The translations under genes were made by a program, and so were the position numbers. Shown here piece after piece: positions 1-8,348 of a DNA stretch of 64,000 nucleotides. Within the stretch, counting starts at the first letter, position 1; each line of letters begins with the position of its first letter. The notes beneath the pieces are model-generated. The model made no database searches and was not told the DNA's origin. It saw nothing but the letters and a program-made list of their open reading frames with translations. Source of the stretch: Mobilitalea sp. (GTDB lineage: Bacteria > Bacillota > Clostridia > Lachnospirales > Lachnospiraceae); NCBI GenBank assembly GCA_047606065.1, contig JASGEU010000133.1, forward strand, positions 28,905 to 92,904. The letters run 5' to 3'.

Positions 1-234
1 ATGGTTTTTGCTATTTTGCAGGTCATTGCCAAACATTTCTCTCATGATTCTCTTGGTAACAATATGAAAGATGAGCTTTCTTACTGTGAAGCCTTCGTAA
101 ACGATTTTGACCCATTCTCATATTTTGCAGAATTAGAAGGCATCGGTTTATCAGAGGATACTATAGAATTCCCTTCTGATGATGATTGTTCAGATTTTGA
201 GAGTCGACTATTGAAAAAATACGTAAAATCATAA
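1..234 (+). CDS. Hypothetical protein, probably the 3' end of a gene starting before the window
   Basis: Open frame from base 1 to a stop at 232-234, followed by a terminator-like hairpin; no recognisable motif. Confidence 0.4.
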   Translation: MVFAILQVIAKHFSHDSLGNNMKDELSYCEAFVNDFDPFSYFAELEGIGLSEDTIEFPSDDDCSDFESRLLKKYVKS

Positions 235-252
235 CTATAGCAATACCTTGCT

Positions 253-286
253 AAGCACGATGGTTTGGAGGGTGCTTCTTTATTTT
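253..286 (+). terminator. Probable intrinsic terminator
   Basis: AAGCAC(253-258)/GTGCTT(272-277) stem followed by CTTTATTTT. Confidence 0.45.
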
Positions 287-832
287 ACATAATAATACAA
301 ATAAAACAGTATTTCCAGACTATACCACGTAATTTTTATATATGTTATTATATTGAACCAAAGCAGAGTTAAAAGTTGTGTAAACGAACTTTTAACTCTG
401 TCATTTCTGCAAACTTTAACTGCTCAAATCAAGAGTTACTCTACCATATGTTTTTCATTGTTTTTCCAAACTTTACTGTCTTTATTTAAGATTTTTTTGA
501 AGAGATACAATTTTTATTCCAAACTTTATTGTCAATTTAACATTTTAAAAATATAAAAGTACCTTAAAATACATGTATAAAATTCCAAACTTTAATGTTT
601 CTCAACAAGTATTACAGCAAAATAATAGTTTTTGTTTAAGAAACTTCAACACAGATTTATCCTAGCGCTAATAAAACATATTAAACATGTCGAAAAATAA
701 TAAATTAAAAGAAATATTACAATATAAAGTCATATCATGTTATAATGCAACTAAGTAGTAATTTAGTACTGCCTAAAACCGAAGGAGTACTACTACATTT
801 ATTATAGTTTGAAACTATAGCGCAGAAAAGGA

Positions 833-1546
833 GTGTCCACCATTCGCTCATTATTAATTGTTGAAGATAATCGTGATCAGAGAAATTATTTGGTTGAAAG
901 TGCGCTTAAGTTCAATTCTGGCATAACGATACACAGCACTGATAAAAGGTCCGAAGCAATAAAAATTGTAAATCTGGAAGATATCGGGGCATTTTTTATT
1001 GATATACAACTGTTAGACGGTAGCGGGATTGAGTTAGCAAAAGAAATACGTACCATAAAAAAATATCAGTTTACTCCCATCGTTTTTATAACAGGGATGC
1101 GCACGAAAGAATTAGAGGCTTTTCATGATGTCCACTGCTATGATTACATCTTAAAGCCCTATACCAAAAAGACCATAAATGATATCATGACTAAGATTAT
1201 GGTTGATTACTTTGATCAACTAAATGAGGAACCCAATTATTTAACCTTAGATTTTAAAGGTTTAAAACAACGTGTAAACTTAAAGGATATTCTATTGATA
1301 GAAAGCCGGAGCCGTAGAATTATTATTCGGACACAATATGAGGAAATAAAGTACAAATCCATGAACTTAAGTCAGTTTACAAAAGAGTTACCTTCACATT
1401 TCATACAGATTCATCAGTCCTTTTTAGTGAATCGTGAATATATTGAAAAAGTTGATATGCTCAGTAATTGTATCTATTTGAAAGGGGTAACAGACAGTAT
1501 ACCCATTGGTGTAAGTTATAAAAAAAAGGTGGGTGCTCAAATATAA
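833..1546 (+). CDS. agrA: LytTR-family response regulator (AgrA-like)
   Basis: N-terminal REC domain (LLIVEDN, FFIDIQL, PIVFITG, DYILKP) and C-terminal LytTR domain (FIQIHQSFLVN); adjacent to a GHKL kinase. Confidence 0.85.
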   Translation: MSTIRSLLIVEDNRDQRNYLVESALKFNSGITIHSTDKRSEAIKIVNLEDIGAFFIDIQLLDGSGIELAKEIRTIKKYQFTPIVFITGMRTKELEAFHDVHCYDYILKPYTKKTINDIMTKIMVDYFDQLNEEPNYLTLDFKGLKQRVNLKDILLIESRSRRIIIRTQYEEIKYKSMNLSQFTKELPSHFIQIHQSFLVNREYIEKVDMLSNCIYLKGVTDSIPIGVSYKKKVGAQI

Positions 1547-2820
1547 TGGGAAATCTTCAGACAATTGCATTGACGTTATTTGATTATGTAATGACGTTAC
1601 TTTTTGTTCATAGTATTAAAAAAACTTTAAGGATACGAATTATTCCGATAATCCTATATATTGTTGTCGCCTCTGTTCTCATTGCCTTAGTTAATTTTTT
1701 TCAATTAAGTGATATTTTATCCCATATATTATGTACAATCATAAGCATTGTGGCTTTATATATGTATTTCTATGTTAATCAAGCTAAGAATGCTGCCTCC
1801 TGTGCTATGATATATTTTACTATCTCATTAATGATGATTGTTCTTCAATTAGCCGGGGTTGTAATACTCAACCAAATATTAGGAAATGTAGAGTACACTT
1901 TTAGCAACGGGCTTCTTTCTCAAATAGTATGCCTAGTTTTTGTTTTGGTTCTAACACGTTTTGTACCCTTCTCCTTATTTGATATCTATATTGAGGATCG
2001 AAACCCTGTTTTTAGTGTAATTATGACTGCCTCTTTTGTGCTTTCCTATGGAATAACCATCTTATGGTACATTGATGTCAGCAATATTACTAATGTTATA
2101 CTTGAGATTATACTTGTTGTACTCTTTGCCATTGTTATTAATACTATCGTCTTACGAGAAGGCTTTGTAAGCCGTAATTATAAAGAAAAGTTGGCAATCT
2201 ATGATACATATTTCCCAATTATTGATGATATGATTGAAGAAATTCGCGGAAAACAACACGATTATCACAATCAAATACAGACTATTTTAGCAATGAAAAG
2301 AGATGAAGTCTTCACAGATAAATCAATTGAAGATTACATTGATGAGATTAATAGCAATAATATCTGGAAAGATCTCCTCAAACTAGATAACAAAATTATC
2401 AGTGCCTTTCTTTATAGCAAAATGTTAGAAATCATGAACAAGGAAATTAAGGTTAAATTGACCATTCAAGATTTTACGATTACTTCAAGTTACAACTCCC
2501 ATCAATTAGTAGAAATGTACGGTATTCTCATAGATAATGCCATTGAAGCGATTGAAAGCATGAATATTGAAGGAGAGCTTGAACTTCTTATCAATAGAGA
2601 TAATGAAATCAATATTTTTGAGGTTAGAAACACTTATCGATATGTCAGTGTGGCTGAAATTAATAATTATTTTAGTTATGGATATACCACAAAGGGAAAT
2701 GCACCTCGCGGTATTGGTCTTCATAAGCTAAAGAAAATGCTGGAGCATAAAAAGGGTACCATAGATTTTTACTATGATACCACTTTAAGCAAGGTTGTCG
2801 CAAAAATTTGTCATTATTAG
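1546..2820 (+). CDS. agrC: AgrC-like membrane sensor histidine kinase
   Basis: About six TM segments, H-box QHDYHNQIQT, N-box GILIDNAIEA, G-box GYTTKG..RGIGL; 1-nt overlap with agrA. Confidence 0.85.
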   Translation: MGNLQTIALTLFDYVMTLLFVHSIKKTLRIRIIPIILYIVVASVLIALVNFFQLSDILSHILCTIISIVALYMYFYVNQAKNAASCAMIYFTISLMMIVLQLAGVVILNQILGNVEYTFSNGLLSQIVCLVFVLVLTRFVPFSLFDIYIEDRNPVFSVIMTASFVLSYGITILWYIDVSNITNVILEIILVVLFAIVINTIVLREGFVSRNYKEKLAIYDTYFPIIDDMIEEIRGKQHDYHNQIQTILAMKRDEVFTDKSIEDYIDEINSNNIWKDLLKLDNKIISAFLYSKMLEIMNKEIKVKLTIQDFTITSSYNSHQLVEMYGILIDNAIEAIESMNIEGELELLINRDNEINIFEVRNTYRYVSVAEINNYFSYGYTTKGNAPRGIGLHKLKKMLEHKKGTIDFYYDTTLSKVVAKICHY

Positions 2821-2954
2821 TTGCGCAGTGATTCAGGCACTTCAGGTTCACCCCACAAATAAATTGATGCTGATTGTGTTGCAATTACTGGTGCAACCAA
2901 AAGTAACAAACTGAGAATATTACGTATGAAGCTTAATTTCTTTCCTGATTTCAT
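2817..2954 (-). CDS. agrD: AgrD-like autoinducer propeptide, 45 aa (MKSGKKLSFIRNILSLLLLVAPVIATQSASIYLWGEPEVPESLRN); absent from the ORF track
   Basis: Translated by hand. RBS AAAGGAGG precedes the ATG at 2954, inside the agrB 3' end. Amphipathic leader, aromatic core, and the EPEVPESL tail typical of Firmicute AgrD. Confidence 0.85.
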   Translation of the reverse strand: MKSGKKLSFIRNILSLLLLVAPVIATQSASIYLWGEPEVPESLRN

Positions 2955-3510
2955 AGTAGCTTCCTCCTTTCATTGTTAATAATTGAACTGTTTGTAATAT
3001 AATTGTAAAAGGACCAATTAAAAATATTGGTTCTTTTATTATTATAAAAATTAATAAATAGGTTGTAATAAGAACTATGATATTTCGTTTTATATCTGTT
3101 ATATTCTTCTTTAAATTTCGTCCACTTTTATTAGATATTCTGGGAGCTATAAATAGTAATACTATAGCTATCGGTATCGCAATCAATAGCAAATAGATAT
3201 AATATTGTCGTGGAAAAAACACCGTTAAATAAACCAAAAGAGAAAAGTATCCAGTAGAGAACAATAGACAGCTCAGATAAGTATCATAATGCTTACCTCC
3301 AATATTAATACGAAGTAGCGTCGTTGTTAAAAACGCATACAAGTACTCTTGCCAAAACCCTAATAGAGAAAATAAAATTAATAGGATTAGGAATTTAGAC
3401 GTATCTCCCCAGATTACCAGCGCAGAATATTTAATCTGTTCCATCTGAATCTCTGTAAAATACTCATCTTTATTGAATTTATTCAATAGCTTTTGAATAA
3501 TATTGTCCAA
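2920..3510 (-). CDS. agrB: Accessory gene regulator B (AIP-processing membrane protease)
   Basis: LLRINIGGKHYDTYLSC matches the AgrB R..GGxH-x6-C catalytic motif; multi-TM; agrD lies directly downstream. Confidence 0.85.
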   Translation of the reverse strand: MDNIIQKLLNKFNKDEYFTEIQMEQIKYSALVIWGDTSKFLILLILFSLLGFWQEYLYAFLTTTLLRINIGGKHYDTYLSCLLFSTGYFSLLVYLTVFFPRQYYIYLLLIAIPIAIVLLFIAPRISNKSGRNLKKNITDIKRNIIVLITTYLLIFIIIKEPIFLIGPFTIILQTVQLLTMKGGSYYEIRKEIKLHT

Positions 3511-3620
3511 TTATCTTTTTCTCCGCTCGTTATTATGCCTTGATAGTAACATACCGTAAAAAGATATCAATTGATCCCGCAGATTTAATAGATATTTGTG
3601 TCGATTTTTCTGTAAAAAAA

Positions 3621-3655
3621 CAAATCTGCAAAAATAAAAGGCAAATCCGCAGAAA
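3621..3655 (-). promoter_or_regulatory. Putative LytTR (AgrA) binding direct repeat upstream of agrB
   Basis: CAAATCTGCAAAAA at 3621 and CAAATCCGCAGAAA at 3642, 21-bp period, typical of LytTR sites. Confidence 0.5.
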
Positions 3656-3744
3656 ACATTGTTTATGCATCTCAATCTTGCTAAACTTTGTGACATAGTA
3701 ATAATTGATCTCGCAATTCAGCCATATACTGGGGAAAAATAGAG

Positions 3745-3785
3745 CAGCTTAGGACAATAACGAAATATGTTATTGTCCTAAGCTG
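3745..3785. terminator. Strong hairpin, probable terminator of the MCP gene
   Basis: Perfect 17-bp stem CAGCTTAGGACAATAAC/GTTATTGTCCTAAGCTG. Confidence 0.7.
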
Positions 3786-3827
3786 TTTATTCATGACAAG
3801 TGAAACGACTTGTCGTTTCATCTTGTT
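3786..3827 (-). repeat. REP-like palindromic repeat, copy 1
   Basis: Exact reverse complement of 19559-19600 (42/42). Confidence 0.85.
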
Positions 3828-3867
3828 GGATTATATTAAGTTTGAATTTATAATCAGAATTTAAGTA

Positions 3868-5658
3868 TTAGATATCTAGTTTAAAATTAGATATCTCTCG
3901 CTTTAAGAAATCTGAATTACTCTTAGAAATCGCTGCCTGCTGCGCAACTTCTGCAGATAAATTTGTAATATCTGATATCTTTATGGCAATATCTCCTGTT
4001 CCTGTTGCTCCTTCCGTAGATGCTTGAGCCACCTCATTCACTGCTGTCATTATATTTTCAATACCCGCCAAAAGTTCTTCTGCAGTAGCACTGAAATCAG
4101 TAATCAGTTCATCCATATATACAGCATCATTGCTATAAGCTTCCGCAACACTTGAGATATTAGAGAAGCTTTCTGAAACATCCTTAGACACAAAGTCTAA
4201 AAGAGCCTTTGAACTGTCCGACAGATTGGTCATAGCCTCTGTGACATCCTCGGTAACCTCTTGAATTCGAGTAACTGCATCCCTGGATTGTGATGCTAAG
4301 GCACTTATCTCATCTGCTACCACCGCAAATCCTTTACCGCTTTCTCCTGCCCTCGCTGCTTCAATAGAAGCATTAAGCGCCAATAATCTAGTCTTTGCAG
4401 TTATTTTCATAATTGTTTCAGTCAGAACATTAATTTGAGATACTACCTGTGCTTGTTCCAATGCCTGCTCCAGTTTCCTCTCTATCTCATCCCCAATTTG
4501 CTCTGCTTTTTCTTGGGATAAATGAATTTCCTTTTTGTTGCTCTTTGCTCGTTTGCTAATCTCAATTACCTGAAGCGCTGCTTCCTGTGACTTGGTTGCA
4601 ATTGACTTGGTTGCCACTTCAATCTCTGCTGAAGTTGTTGACATCACCTGTGCAGATGCGGCAGTTTCCTGCATTCCTGCTGCCAGCTCCTGTGAGGTAG
4701 CTGCCAGATCCTCTATATTTGAATTTAATACTTTAATATTGCTTGTAATGTGTCCAACAACATCAACAATTCCATCCGCTGCTGATTTTGAACTTCCAAC
4801 CAAGTGTGCTACCGAGCCCTTCATAACTTCTATTTCTTGTGCTAATACTCCAAAATCGTCTTTTCTGGCGAGATATCGCTCGGGTAGCTGCACTGTAAAA
4901 TCACCTGTTGCAAGTGTTTTAAAATATGTACTGATTGCTTTAAAGGAACGATTTAAGTTCAGTGTAAGGTAGATAGTAACAAAGCCTGCTAATACCAGCG
5001 ATATTGTAAATATCACGACAAAATCTATAATATTACTCCTGGCTTCTTTCTCTTCCTGTTCAGCAATAGAAGCAATATAGGTATCAATGTAATCCGTATA
5101 ATTTCCTGTACCAATTACCCATTCAAAGGGTTCAAAGGCTAAACTGTATCCTCTCTTTGGAGAAGCTTCGGTCTCATCAGCCTTAGGAAACCAATAATCG
5201 GTATAGCCGCCCCCCTTACGTCCTGCCTCAATAATTGCTCGAATCATCTGAAAGCCATATTCATCTTCCTGGTCTAAGCGATTCTTTCCTTCAATGGTAT
5301 CCTTACCTAAGCAAACTATATTTAGACCCTCATAGGTATCAATCCAAAAATATCCTTCTTCACCGTAACGCATTTCTCTGACAGAATCAGCTGCAATTTT
5401 CTTCGCTTCTTCCAGAGTATATTCACCATTTTCATATTTGATATAAATAGCATTTATCAATGATACGACACTTTCTACCTGCTCTTTTATATTATTATCA
5501 AAATCTGTACGTATACTTTCTTCTAGTACATTTAAATTCCTATCCATCGTCTTTGATTGATTCATTATGGACAATCCAACCATTAACGACGCAACCACTA
5601 GTAAAACCACTGCAAGTAAAATAACTTTTGTTCTCACCTTGTAATTATTTAATCTCAT
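3868..5658 (-). CDS. Methyl-accepting chemotaxis protein with single Cache sensor domain
   Basis: TM-Cache ([22 protein letters not shown])-TM-HAMP-MCP signalling domain ([29 protein letters not shown]). Confidence 0.9.
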   Translation of the reverse strand: MRLNNYKVRTKVILLAVVLLVVASLMVGLSIMNQSKTMDRNLNVLEESIRTDFDNNIKEQVESVVSLINAIYIKYENGEYTLEEAKKIAADSVREMRYGEEGYFWIDTYEGLNIVCLGKDTIEGKNRLDQEDEYGFQMIRAIIEAGRKGGGYTDYWFPKADETEASPKRGYSLAFEPFEWVIGTGNYTDYIDTYIASIAEQEEKEARSNIIDFVVIFTISLVLAGFVTIYLTLNLNRSFKAISTYFKTLATGDFTVQLPERYLARKDDFGVLAQEIEVMKGSVAHLVGSSKSAADGIVDVVGHITSNIKVLNSNIEDLAATSQELAAGMQETAASAQVMSTTSAEIEVATKSIATKSQEAALQVIEISKRAKSNKKEIHLSQEKAEQIGDEIERKLEQALEQAQVVSQINVLTETIMKITAKTRLLALNASIEAARAGESGKGFAVVADEISALASQSRDAVTRIQEVTEDVTEAMTNLSDSSKALLDFVSKDVSESFSNISSVAEAYSNDAVYMDELITDFSATAEELLAGIENIMTAVNEVAQASTEGATGTGDIAIKISDITNLSAEVAQQAAISKSNSDFLKREISNFKLDI

Positions 5659-5824
5659 ATTGTCTCACCCGTTTCTAATTTCCTCTCAATCATAGGATCT
5701 CCTAAAATACTGCATAAAATTACACTATTATTCTACAGTAATTCGTACAAAATTACAAGATATGTAAACAAAAGTTTCTTGTCTAAGTAAGTATTTCTCC
5801 ATTTAAAATTTATCTGTCTTTATC

Positions 5825-6394
5825 CTACACTACAGTCGCTCTAAGCTTAGGTGGCGTAGTATGAAGAAAGTAATTCGTCTTATTATCCTCTAAAATCCAA
5901 GTTTCCAAATCTTCTTTTGGTATAATTAAAGGCATTCGATCATGAATTCCTTCCATAGATTCGTTGGCATTGGTAGTAAGAATAACATAGCGCATTTCGC
6001 CCTTATAAATAGAATATAAGCCCGCCATATAAAGTGCATTCGTATCCTCAAGTCGAAAGAGATGCTTTCTCTTCTGCTTGTCCCATTCATAAAATCCAGT
6101 GGAGGGAATGATACATCGACGGGTTAGCAGACTGTCACGAAAAGTTTTCTTTTCAAATGCCGTCTCTGATCTGGCATTGATAATTACACCTTTCCCATCA
6201 AATTTAGGAAACCCCCAGGCACATAACATGGGCTTAACAGACTTAGCTTCCTTAACAATAATCGGAGCAAGATCAGTGGGAAATACTTCTCCGATTTTCA
6301 CTAGTGAATTCTGATATTTTTCGTTCAGCTTCTGAAAAATTTCCATGATCTCATCATCATCTTCTTCAAACATAATGTTATATCTGCCACACAT
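5825..6394 (-). CDS. SOS response-associated peptidase (SRAP/YedK/HMCES family abasic-site crosslinker)
   Basis: N-terminal MCGRY, INARSET, GFYEW, IHDRMPLI motifs. Confidence 0.9.
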   Translation of the reverse strand: MCGRYNIMFEEDDDEIMEIFQKLNEKYQNSLVKIGEVFPTDLAPIIVKEAKSVKPMLCAWGFPKFDGKGVIINARSETAFEKKTFRDSLLTRRCIIPSTGFYEWDKQKRKHLFRLEDTNALYMAGLYSIYKGEMRYVILTTNANESMEGIHDRMPLIIPKEDLETWILEDNKTNYFLHTTPPKLRATVV

Positions 6395-6670
6395 CTTATA
6401 TCCTCCCTTTCATAACTGTTAATAAGCACACAAAACATTTTATTATAAATATATTCACCGGTTTTATAAGCAAGCTCATTATTTACGCTTTTTTATACAA
6501 TATTATATTCAAGCTTTTTATCCCATCTTTATATTTAATCGTTTTATTCAAGCCTCATATCCAATCCTTATATGCCAGTTCTTTATTCTTTCCTACCCAA
6601 AGCTTATCATATTATTTATGATATGTAATCATCTAATCCATACTTCAATTATATTAACGATACCTGAAGA

Positions 6671-6784
6671 GAATATTAGTGCATCTATGATCAGATGGCG
6701 CAGACCGGCACCGAATGGTTGCAATTTTTTCAGCAACCATCGGTGGTAAGGCAAGTCCAGATGATTATAGATGCACTAATATTC
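6671..6784 (+). ncRNA. Candidate structured RNA or MITE (about 115 nt)
   Basis: 23-bp terminal stem with one G-U pair, internal bubble, and apical CACCGA(A)TGGTTGC/GCAACCATCGGTG stem. Confidence 0.4.
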
Positions 6785-6803
6785 TTTAGTAATCTTAATC
6801 ATT

Positions 6804-8204
6804 TTAATCTTCAAAGCTTATCTTATTCCAAGCCTCTTCATTAATCACCACATCATATTCTTCTGACCATTCCGAAAATATATCCATAAACATCTCGTTA
6901 CGACGCTCTCCAATAATTCTTTCTTTTACTTGAATTGTTGCATCTTCATTATAATCCGAGACACAGTAGATGATATGCCAGCCATTCTCAGTTGCAATAA
7001 TATCACTTACTTCACCGGTCTTTAACTGAAAAGCAGCTTGTTCAAATATATCTCCAAATTCCTTTGGTGCTTCTCCTTTTCCAAAGGTGTACTCAATGGT
7101 ATCTGCTTCTGAATTTGCTTCTGCTAAAGCAAGGAAATCTGTGGTTTCCTTTGCTTGCCCTGCCAGATTTTGAATTTTTTCATAAGCATCTGCCTTCTCT
7201 TCCTCTGAAAGCGTAACCTTATTGCCCTTCAAATCAAAATGACTGCTGTAAACCACGATATCCTGAACCGTAATCTGTTTTGCAGCTTCTTCCGCCACAT
7301 TATTATCTACATTAATTGTTTCCATTTCAAACATTTTACTTGCCAAAAGATTATCTGCATAAACCTGTGTTAAGAGCTCCTTTGTAATAAGATACTGGTC
7401 GATCTCTTCTTGCGTAAGACTCTCAAAATGATCTTTGGCATAAGAAGCTGCTTCTGCCAGCTCTTCCTCCGTTAAATTAATTTCTTTTTTAAGTGCTTCT
7501 GCCTTAATAATCTTTAATTCTGTCAGTTGGTGTATCACCTCTTCCTTCAGCATACTGCCGAAGGTATCTCCATTTCCAAGAATATCTGCTTGCCAGATGC
7601 CCTTCCCATATTCCTTCTCATACTTTTCCTGTGCCAGCATAAGGTATACCATTGCCTCATTATAATAAACTCTGGTATCTCCAATACTAGCCATAAGATT
7701 TCCGGAGCTAACTGAGGTATCGTCTTCCTCCTGCTTAGGAGCAGCACTCTTATAATACGAAATCTCAATGACAGTTTCTTGTGCACTATCGTAAGTAATG
7801 TATAATTCATTTTCATTCCTAAGGTAAGAATAAGTAACCGTAGACTGATCTGCACTGAATTTCTTTGCAATTTCTGTGCCGAAGTTATCAACTAACAAAC
7901 CATCTGCTTCTTCTTTCTTCATTCCGATGGTAACACCAAATACCTTATATTTTTCTGCCTTCTCAAGCAAGGTAACTGCTGATACCTCTTTTCCGGAGGT
8001 CATAACTTGAATGACATCCTCCTTCTGGTATACACCGCTGCTTAACTCGCTTAAATCAATTCCTGACTTTCGCTCAAAGGTAGACACACTCTTCCCAATA
8101 TAATTTGTAAGCTCATTGCGCTCCGTACCGCCTTTACAAGCAGCCAGCAGCATTATGATTAATAAGATTGGTATCATGCGTACCAACTTCCATCCTCTTT
8201 TCAT
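6804..8204 (-). CDS. PrsA/SurA-like peptidyl-prolyl isomerase lipoprotein with an extra N-terminal domain
   Basis: Lipobox LLAAC; SurA-N-like helical region; parvulin motif FEQAAFQLKTGEVSDIIATENGWHII. Confidence 0.8.
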   Translation of the reverse strand: MKRGWKLVRMIPILLIIMLLAACKGGTERNELTNYIGKSVSTFERKSGIDLSELSSGVYQKEDVIQVMTSGKEVSAVTLLEKAEKYKVFGVTIGMKKEEADGLLVDNFGTEIAKKFSADQSTVTYSYLRNENELYITYDSAQETVIEISYYKSAAPKQEEDDTSVSSGNLMASIGDTRVYYNEAMVYLMLAQEKYEKEYGKGIWQADILGNGDTFGSMLKEEVIHQLTELKIIKAEALKKEINLTEEELAEAASYAKDHFESLTQEEIDQYLITKELLTQVYADNLLASKMFEMETINVDNNVAEEAAKQITVQDIVVYSSHFDLKGNKVTLSEEEKADAYEKIQNLAGQAKETTDFLALAEANSEADTIEYTFGKGEAPKEFGDIFEQAAFQLKTGEVSDIIATENGWHIIYCVSDYNEDATIQVKERIIGERRNEMFMDIFSEWSEEYDVVINEEAWNKISFED

Positions 8205-8348
8205 GCCTGTCCCCTTTCCAGCTGTATTTTACATCAGCTTCTATATAATAAATCCCGAATTTATTGACCCATTTATTCCATTTTCACAATTTAACCCAAT
8301 TATATTATTAAATACTTAAAGTCTACCCAGATTTATAACCTTAACCGC

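Noticed and set aside
353-556. 67-aa ORF in the AT-rich region upstream of agrA
   Set aside because: No RBS and low-complexity composition; probably a chance ORF
3511-3696. 61-aa ORF upstream of agrB
   Set aside because: Overlaps the agrB promoter and repeat region; no RBS or motif
6420-6480. Expected LexA (SOS) box upstream of the SRAP gene
   Set aside because: No GAAC-N4-GTTY match found
6500-6580. Imperfect 39-bp-period repeat (TATTCAAGC..ATCC.ATC.TTATAT)
   Set aside because: Only two degenerate units in very AT-rich DNA; cannot be separated from chance or local slippage
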